Positions 57,113 through 64,000 of a stretch of DNA of 64,000 nt are shown piece after piece. Numbering within the stretch: position 1 is the stretch's first letter; each line of letters begins with the position of its first letter. The position numbers were made by a program, and so were the translations under genes. Below the pieces are notes generated by a model. It was given only the letters and a program-made list of their open reading frames with translations. It had not been told where the DNA came from and did not search any database. Origin of the DNA: a candidate division WOR-3 bacterium (GTDB lineage: Bacteria; Hydrothermota; Tepidihabitantia; Tepidihabitantales; Tepidihabitantaceae). The stretch covers positions 32,001-96,000 of the forward strand of contig CBFGIT010000002.1 of the NCBI GenBank assembly GCA_965648905.1, given 5' to 3'.

Positions 57113-57475
57113 GGTTATCGGGGACGCTACCCATTTGGGCAATCATGTTGTCAATAGCACACGACTTCGACTTCTGCCGGCCGGGTTTGTCCGCGCAGGC
57201 CTGGCTGCGTCCGGCGCACAGAGATAGGCGGGCCGCGATTGTCAGCCCCCCTGCGCCCTTGCCTGGTACGTCCGACATGGCGTATCAGGTAAGTGGCGGA
57301 ACTACAAAGTGTTAGCAGAATGGGGGGGGCGATTCATCCTTGACATCTGCCCGCGTTGGTTCATAATGATGACAGAGCGGATGGCTTGACACGGGCTTGG
57401 AGCGATGCCAATGTTGACTGTCGATTGGCAGCCGGGCAATCCGCAAGTCCGTGACCGTCGAGCGCCGCATCGGAG

Positions 57476-58985
57476 GTGACCGTGAGGAAGGTCTTATCGA
57501 GGTTTCTTGAGTTCGGGCAAGCCCGGCGTACCGCTGCGCCGGAGAAGGACAACCAAGACTCTGCGCCGTCCCGGGCCGCGCGACGCGGCCGGGCAACGAT
57601 AGCCGCGCTATCTCTGTGTGCCATTTCCTGTCTACTGCATACTCCGGTTCACGGTCAATTCCTTGAGACGACAATCTGGCTGCCCGACTCGCTCGCCGGG
57701 ATGAGCTATCCGCGCGCCATCGCATGGAACCCGATGAACAACCAGGTCTATGTTGCCAGTGAGGTGAGCGAGTGCGTCATCGCGATTGACGCCCGTACGT
57801 GGCAGAAGGTCGCCCGTATCCCCTCGGGTCGCGGCGGCGCGGCCCTGCTCTGCACCCAGCCGGACAACAAAGTCTACTGCGCCGACGAGTCCAGCAACAC
57901 CCTCACCATCATCGATGGCACCCGCAACGCCCTCATCAGAATGCTCCCGGTCGGCAGCGGGCCCCGTTCTCTCTGCCACAACACGGCCCGGAACAAGGTC
58001 TACTGCACGAACCACGGGGATGAGCTGGTCAAGGTGATTTCGGGACTGCTCGATAGCCTGACCTCGGCAGTGCCCGTGGGCCCCCATCCGACTGGACTGT
58101 GCTACTGCCCGCGTCACAACAAGGTGTACAGTACTTGGTATGTGTACCCGGAGTCCGGTGCGGGCGGTGTTGCCGTGATAGACCGAGTGGCCGACACCGT
58201 CAGAACACGACTGGGATACCCATGCGAAACGCCCGGCGCGATCTGCCACAATCCGGAAGGAGACAAGATATACACCGCAGCACCGCTCCGGGGCAACATC
58301 CTGCGCATCTTCGACTGTGCGACGGATTCGCTCATAGGTGAACTCCCGGTTGGCGGAGCTGCTGCGCTGTGTTACAGCGCAGCGACCGACAAGGTCTATG
58401 TCGGCTGTGCCCGCCTGCAACAGATCCTGGTAGTAGGTGGGGTGGGTGATACTTTGATTGGCGCCATCCCGGTTGGACCAGCCGTAGATATGCGCTGCGA
58501 CAGGCATAGCGGCAGGCTGTATGCGGCAGTGCCGAACACAGGCAGCCTGTATGTGATAGACGGCGAATCGGACACGGTCATCAGGTCACTCAGGCCTGGG
58601 TCCACGCCTACAGCGCTGTGTGTCGACACCGTCGACAACCTGGTCCTCTGTGCTGAACGGGTTGGGCACGGAGTAGCGGTCATTGATGGAGCAAGAGACT
58701 CTATTCTGGGCTATGTCTTTGTCGGGGACCACCCGACCGATATCGTCGTCTGTCCGGCCGCAAACGGGGTCTTCTGCGCCAACCTGCGCAGCGGGCTGGT
58801 CACGGTCCTGGATGCAACAAGCAGCCGGATGCTGCGCAGCGTGGCAACGGGCGATAGCCTGCTCGACCTCTGCCTGAACCCGGTCGGCAACAAGCTCTAC
58901 TGCGCGGACGCGAACTCGGGCATAGTGTCGGTGCTGGTCGCTGGTGCGGACAGCATTGTTGCGGTCGTGCCGGTTGGCGGCGGCC
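57476..58985 (+). pseudogene. YVTN/YncE-type beta-propeller gene, 3'-truncated; the frame reads on into IS DNA to 59104
   Basis: About ten NKVYC...VIDG...PVG..P repeats; similarity ends mid-repeat at VPVGGG. Confidence 0.8.
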
Positions 58986-59327
58986 GGAGCCGGGTGCGAT
59001 TCATCACTCGGACCGGGGCGTGCAGTACGTCTGTGGGCGTTCCAGCGGGCGCTGAGGCGGTCCGGCATGGTTCCGAGCATGAGTCGCAGGGGCGACCCTT
59101 ATGACAATGCGGTGGCGGAGAGTTTCTTCCGGACGCTGAAGGTGGAGTTAGTCTACCGGCGGCGGTTTGGGACTCGCTCGGAAGCGAAAGCCGCCATTGT
59201 CGAGCACATCGAGTTGTTCTACAATAGTCGGCGCCGGCACTCGAGCCTGGGCTATCTCAGCCCGAATGAGTTTGAGAAACAAGCCGGTGTCGCTTAAGAA
59301 AGTGTCCATCAAACCGGGGGCAGATCA
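58978..59327 (+). mobile_element. IS3-family remnant (frameshifted transposase C-terminus plus right inverted repeat)
   Basis: RPEPGAIHHSDRGVQY, then a shifted frame SMSRRGDPYDNAVAESFFRTLKVE...YNSRRRHSSLGYLSP; end GTGTCCATCAAACCGGGGGCAGATCA. Confidence 0.9.
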
Positions 59328-59939
59328 GACCGCTGCTCGGTTCAGGTTTGGGCGTGTTGCCTGATGTCCAATCATGTCCATCTGGTTGCAGTGCCTGCCA
59401 CCGAGTCCGGGCTGGCACGGGCCATTGGTGAAGCGCACCGACGCTGTACGAGAGCAGTGAACTTCCGGGAGAACTGGCGCGGCTATCTCTGGCAGGGGCG
59501 GTTTGCCTCCTGCCCGATGGATGAGCGGTATCTGCTGGCAGCGGTGCGCTACGTGGAACTCAATCCGGTTCGAGCGGGGCTGGTGGGCGTTGCGTGGGAG
59601 CACCGCTGGTCCAGCGCCGCAGCGCACGTCACCGGCAAAGACGACCGATTGGTGATGGTGAAGCCGATGCTGGAACGGGTCGCGGATTGGAAAGGATTTC
59701 TGAGCGACGGACTGAAGCCAGCAGAGCTGAGAGTACTGCGTGAGCACAATCGGACCGGTCGGCCTCTGGGCTCGGACGAATTCCTCACTTGGGCAGAGCA
59801 GGTGGCCGGCAGAGGCCTGGGCCCAAGGGACCATGGAAGCACAAGCCCGCGAGCTGCCATGAATCTAGTGTTATGTCCCGGAATTACGGCGCAACCGGAC
59901 GGCGTCTGGCATGGTCTATACAACCTGTTGAATCCCTGA
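59328..59939 (+). mobile_element. REP-associated tyrosine transposase (IS200-like HUH/Y1), 5'-truncated
   Basis: CLMSNHVHL (HUH), WQGRF, RYVELNPVRAG (catalytic Tyr), WSSA. Begins at the IS3 end; TTATGTCCCGGAATT near the 3' end. Confidence 0.88.
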
Positions 59940-59954
59940 AAGGAACTCCAAGTT

Positions 59955-60953
59955 ATGCAGGAACTGAAAGACGATATCAGGCGAGTGCACGAAGAGATTG
60001 AACGCGAGAGCCTGTTCGTCCAGGCAATCACGGCAGAGGTCGGCAAGGTCATTGTCGGCCAGAAGTACCTTGTGGACCGCTTGCTCGTAGGCCTCTTGGC
60101 CAATGGGCACATTCTGATTGAAGGCGTACCAGGCCTGGCCAAGACCTATGCGGTCAAGACTCTGGCGCAGGCGGTCGCCACCAGATTCCAGCGCATCCAG
60201 TTCACTCCTGACCTGCTGCCCGCGGACATCATCGGTACGCAGATCTACAATCAGCGGACCGGCGAGTTCAGTTCGCGCAAGGGACCGGTCTTCGCCAACT
60301 TCGTGCTGGCTGACGAAATCAACCGAGCTCCACCCAAGGTTCAGAGTGCACTGCTTGAAGCGATGCAGGAACGCCAAGTCACAATCGGCGAGGAGACGTT
60401 CCGGCTGGCTGACCCGTTCCTGGTGCTTGCCACCCAGAACCCGATTGAGCAGGAGGGAACTTACCCGCTGCCCGAGGCTCAGACCGACCGGTTTCTGCTC
60501 AAGCTCCGTGTCGGCTATCCGTCCAAAGAAGAAGAGAAGCTGATTGTCGACCGGATGACTGCCGGAGCCGAGCCGACCGCATCCCCCGTGGTCGACGCCG
60601 CCGCGATTATCCGGGGCCGGGAATTGTGTCACCGCATCTACGTCGATGAGAAGTTGAAGGACTACATCCTGAACATCGTCTTTGCCACCCGGTTCCCGAA
60701 GGACCACAATCTGGCCGACCTTGAGCCGCTGCTCCGCTACGGCGCATCACCGCGCGCGTCGATTTACCTGCTGACTGCGGCCCGGGCCATGGCGTTTCTG
60801 CGCCGGCGTGGATTCGTCATTCCCGAGGACATCAAGGAGCTTGCTCCGGACGTGCTCCGTCATCGGGTCATCCTGAGCTACGAGGCCGAGGCCGAGGAAC
60901 TGACGACTGATGACATCGTCCGGCGGGTGCTCGAAGGGGTTGAGGTTCCGTAA
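59955..60953 (+). CDS. moxR: MoxR-family AAA+ ATPase
   Basis: EGVPGLAKT, RIQFTPDLLPAD, DEINRA, ATQNPIEQEGTYPLPEAQ and GASPRA. Confidence 0.95.
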   Translation: MQELKDDIRRVHEEIERESLFVQAITAEVGKVIVGQKYLVDRLLVGLLANGHILIEGVPGLAKTYAVKTLAQAVATRFQRIQFTPDLLPADIIGTQIYNQRTGEFSSRKGPVFANFVLADEINRAPPKVQSALLEAMQERQVTIGEETFRLADPFLVLATQNPIEQEGTYPLPEAQTDRFLLKLRVGYPSKEEEKLIVDRMTAGAEPTASPVVDAAAIIRGRELCHRIYVDEKLKDYILNIVFATRFPKDHNLADLEPLLRYGASPRASIYLLTAARAMAFLRRRGFVIPEDIKELAPDVLRHRVILSYEAEAEELTTDDIVRRVLEGVEVP

Positions 60954-60971
60954 ACCAGGGCAGACGCTGGA

Positions 60972-61892
60972 GTGCAGAAGTCGCAGCCGCGCGCGGCCGA
61001 GCCGGATAGGTCGGGTCGCAGTCACATCCGCCAGGTCGAAATCCGGACCCGGCGCCTAGTCAACACGCTCTTTTCCGGGGACTATAAGTCCTCGTTCAAG
61101 GGCCGGGGCATCGAGTTCCTGGATGTCCGCGAGTATCTTCCGGGCGACGACGTCCGGACCATCGACTGGAAGGTAACGGCCCGGTTCGGCCGGCCGTTTG
61201 TCAAGAAGTACGCCGAGGAGCGGGAACTGGTCGTCATCCTGCTGGTCGATGCGTCCGGTTCGGACCGGTTCGGTACGAAGAAGTTGTTCAAGCTCGAACA
61301 GGCCGCCCAGGTAGCAGCAACCCTGGCGTTCTCTGCCATCCGCAACAACGACAAAGTCGGTCTGCTGTTCTTCACCGACCGGGTCGAGAAGTACGTGCCG
61401 GCCCGCAAAGGCCGGGTTCACGTCCTTCGGCTGATTCGCGACATTCTGTTCTTCGAGCCCGAGCACCGGGGTACCGACCCGATTCAGGCGCTTGAGTTCC
61501 TGATGCATGTTGTCAAGCGCCGGGCGATCGTCTTTCTGATTTCGGACTTTGTCGGCGACGGGTTCCGGCCCGAGCTGTTCAAGCGGCCCTTGGGGATTGC
61601 CGCGCGCAAGCACGACCTCGTCGTCGTCTCAGTTAATGACCCGGCGGAGCAGGACCTGCCCCGGCTCGGACTGGTCGAGGTAGAGGACGCGGAAACCGGC
61701 GAGCTCGTTACGATTGACACCCTTGACACGGGCCTGCGCGAACGGTTCCGGCACTACCAGGCCGCGCGTGAACAGGGACTGCAGAGGCTGTTCCGCCAGC
61801 TTGGGGTCGACCGGATTGCGGTTTCGACCCACGACGACTTCACCCGGAAGCTGCATCAGTTCTTCCAGAGACGGGCGCGGCGGTACCGGTAG
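60972..61892 (+). CDS. DUF58 family VWA-like protein
   Basis: FKGRGIEF, REYLPGDDVRTIDW, EEREL, DASGS and ISDF. Confidence 0.93.
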   Translation: MQKSQPRAAEPDRSGRSHIRQVEIRTRRLVNTLFSGDYKSSFKGRGIEFLDVREYLPGDDVRTIDWKVTARFGRPFVKKYAEERELVVILLVDASGSDRFGTKKLFKLEQAAQVAATLAFSAIRNNDKVGLLFFTDRVEKYVPARKGRVHVLRLIRDILFFEPEHRGTDPIQALEFLMHVVKRRAIVFLISDFVGDGFRPELFKRPLGIAARKHDLVVVSVNDPAEQDLPRLGLVEVEDAETGELVTIDTLDTGLRERFRHYQAAREQGLQRLFRQLGVDRIAVSTHDDFTRKLHQFFQRRARRYR

Positions 61893-61904
61893 GGCGAGTT
61901 CAGA

Positions 61905-62936
61905 ATGCAGCAGCCAAAGTGCCGGGCGCAGGACCATCTGAGACTGCTGGTCGCCTGCTGCCTGTTGCTGGCACCTGGCTTTCTGCACGCCGAGTCCGGT
62001 CCTGACTCGGAGGCGACCCCGCAGTTTCGGGTCGTCGCCGGCGGGCCGGTATCGGTTTCGGCCCGAATAAAGCCCCGCCGAGGCGCGAAGCCGCTGACGG
62101 TCGGCGACCAGTTCGAGCTCGAGCTGACCGTGAAGTACCATCGCGATGTCAAGGTATCGCCGCCCGCGAGTCCGGAGTTCGAGCCGTTCCTTGCTCTGGA
62201 CCGGAAGACCGTGACCCGATATGCCGGCGACACCGTCGTCGACGTGCACACCATTAGGCTTGCGGCTTTCAACACCGGCGAGCTCAGGATTCCGCCGTTT
62301 TTCGTGACCTATCCCAAAGAAGGCGAGGTGGTCGCGGCTGCGTCCGACTCGATTCCCCTGACGGTGGTGAGCGTGCTGCCCAAAGAGATGGTGGACGTGA
62401 ACGACATCAAGCCTCAGGTGCAGTTTCCCAACCTGCTGCCGTTGTGGATTCTCCTCGGCATCATCGGAACTGCCGTACTCGTCATCGCTGGTCTCAGGCT
62501 GTACCGGCGCTACCGCCGGGTCCGGCTTTGCGGCGCGCCGCTGCCTGACCCGTGGGACGAGGCGCTGGCCGCGCTGGGAGCGATTCCGGCCTCGGAGTGG
62601 CTGACAAAGGGGCAGGTCAAGCGGTACTACTACACTGTCTCCGAGGTATTGAAGCGCTACCTGACGCGCCGGTTCAACTTCCCAGCCATCGACCAGACCA
62701 CAACCGAAATCATCCGCTCACTGAAGCTCCAGCACGGCAACAAGGCCCAGGACCGTGTTCCCAAGAGCACGGTCGAGGAGTTCGGCCGGTTTTTCCAGCA
62801 GGCTGATTTGGTGAAGTATGCCAAGTACGTCCCGCCGCCGACTGAGACGGCAGCCGCACTCAGCACCGCACGCGGGCTCGTGCAGGCGACGATACCGCAG
62901 CCTGAGCCTGAATCCGGCGTCCCCACCGCAAAATGA
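61905..62936 (+). CDS. Bat-operon membrane protein (BatD-like Ig domain plus transmembrane helix)
   Basis: TVGDQF, DIKP followed by a TM helix, TTTEI, ADLVKYAK; lies between DUF58 and the VWA gene. Confidence 0.75.
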   Translation: MQQPKCRAQDHLRLLVACCLLLAPGFLHAESGPDSEATPQFRVVAGGPVSVSARIKPRRGAKPLTVGDQFELELTVKYHRDVKVSPPASPEFEPFLALDRKTVTRYAGDTVVDVHTIRLAAFNTGELRIPPFFVTYPKEGEVVAAASDSIPLTVVSVLPKEMVDVNDIKPQVQFPNLLPLWILLGIIGTAVLVIAGLRLYRRYRRVRLCGAPLPDPWDEALAALGAIPASEWLTKGQVKRYYYTVSEVLKRYLTRRFNFPAIDQTTTEIIRSLKLQHGNKAQDRVPKSTVEEFGRFFQQADLVKYAKYVPPPTETAAALSTARGLVQATIPQPEPESGVPTAK

Positions 62937-63910
62937 CATTCGCTCATCCTTGGTTCTTCCTCCTGCTGTTTCTGGTTCCGGTGCTGCTCTGGTGGCAGTT
63001 TCGCAAGCGCCGGGCCGCCATGGCCTACAGCGACCTCAGCTTCCTGAAGGCTGCGCCGAACCGGGGACGACTCGGCCGGGTCGTCGTCAACGGCCTGTAT
63101 GCGGTTGCGCTCTGCTTCATGGTTGTGGCGCTGGCCCGGCCTCAGCGTGGACGTCAGTTCCAGGAGGTCGAGACGCGCGGGATTGACATCATGCTCTGCA
63201 TGGACATTTCCGGCTCGATGCAGGCCGAGGACTTCTCGCCCCGCAACCGGCTGGCAGTCGCTAAGGAACGGGCTAAGGAGTTCGTCGCCAAACGCGCCGG
63301 TGACCGAATCGGACTGGTGGTCTTTTCCGCGACCAGTTTGACCCAGTGTCCGCTGACTCCGGACCGGAACATCCTGAACAGCCTGATTGACCGCGTTGAT
63401 TTCGGCATGCTTGAAGACGGCACCGCCATCGGCATGGGCATTGCCAGCGCCGTGGCCCGGCTCAAGGACTCCAAGGCCCGGGACCGAGTCATCGTGCTCC
63501 TCACCGACGGTGTTAACAACGCCGGTGACATCGACCCGCTGACAGCGGCCCAGACCGCAGCGAGCTTCGGCATCAAGATTTACACCATCGGCGTCGGCAG
63601 CAAAGGCCCGGTGCCGTATCCGGTGCAGGACCGGATGTTCGGCCGACGGTATGTCCAGATTCAGATTGACCTGGACACCGAGATACTCAGTCGGATTGCC
63701 GACCTGACCGGCGGCAAGGCTTTTCTTGCGACCGACGCCACCGGGCTTAGACTGATTTACGACGAGATCGACCGCATGGAACCGACGACCTTCAAAGTGA
63801 AGCAGTACACGGTCTACAACGAGCTCGCCGGCATGCCGCTGCTGCTTGCACTCCTGACCGCAGGGCTGGGCATGGGCCTGGCCTTGACCGTGTTCCGGAG
63901 GTTACCGTGA
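62933..63910 (+). CDS. batA: BatA-like VWA membrane protein
   Basis: FAHPWF, ALARP, DISGSM (MIDAS), GTAIG, LLTDG.NN and IYTIGVG. Confidence 0.88.
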   Translation: MTFAHPWFFLLLFLVPVLLWWQFRKRRAAMAYSDLSFLKAAPNRGRLGRVVVNGLYAVALCFMVVALARPQRGRQFQEVETRGIDIMLCMDISGSMQAEDFSPRNRLAVAKERAKEFVAKRAGDRIGLVVFSATSLTQCPLTPDRNILNSLIDRVDFGMLEDGTAIGMGIASAVARLKDSKARDRVIVLLTDGVNNAGDIDPLTAAQTAASFGIKIYTIGVGSKGPVPYPVQDRMFGRRYVQIQIDLDTEILSRIADLTGGKAFLATDATGLRLIYDEIDRMEPTTFKVKQYTVYNELAGMPLLLALLTAGLGMGLALTVFRRLP

Positions 63911-63956
63911 GCGCCCGGGGCAACCTGCCCATCGCGACTGGGAAGGCGATGTGCCG

Positions 63957-64000
63957 ATGATTAAGTGGGCCGCGCCAGAGTACCTCTGGCTGCTCCTGGT
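63957..64000 (+). CDS. Start of the next VWA (BatB-like) gene, truncated by the window end
   Basis: MIKWAAPEYLWLLL matches a BatA/B-type N-terminus in the expected operon position. Confidence 0.6.
   Translation, partial: MIKWAAPEYLWLLL

Noticed and set aside
62728..62765. Further palindromic insert (HGNKAQDRVPK); also a hairpin at about 5344-5365
   Set aside because: Too degenerate to assign to the GGGACA family without ortholog alignments.
59955..64000. MoxR-DUF58-Bat operon as a novel system
   Set aside because: Well-known conserved arrangement with nothing atypical visible.

Overview
GC-rich bacterial chromosomal window. Gene content (many secreted proteins with T9SS/FlgD-like C-terminal Ig domains, a PorV-like protein, a Bat operon, anaerobic corrinoid enzymes) suggests an anaerobic FCB-group lineage such as candidate phylum WOR-3; this is inference. 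It contains: (i) the 3' part of an operon combining a corrinoid protein, two MtaA/UroD-family methyltransferases, two 2-hydroxyacyl-CoA-dehydratase-family Fe-S proteins and an ATP-dependent activator; (ii) housekeeping genes ispG, murA, rseP, dxr, ispD, trpS, two tRNA-Ser, gltX, glnS, apgM and a stand-alone IMP cyclohydrolase; (iii) about 13 secreted modular proteins with a C-terminal sorting-like domain and a PorV-like/OmpA fusion; (iv) a scar made of a truncated beta-propeller gene, an IS3 remnant and a 5'-truncated REP-associated (HUH/Y1) tyrosine transposase; (v) a MoxR-DUF58-Bat operon. The most unusual signal is a family of directional palindromic elements (GGGACAYGA...RTGTCCC) inserted in frame inside protein-coding genes, with a matching end next to the tyrosine transposase. 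Other signals are in-frame heptamer repeats, a candidate structured sRNA with an anti-SD stretch, a recurrent 29-bp intergenic dyad motif, and sigma70-like promoters with mostly 16-bp spacers. All calls were made by eye, without database searches.
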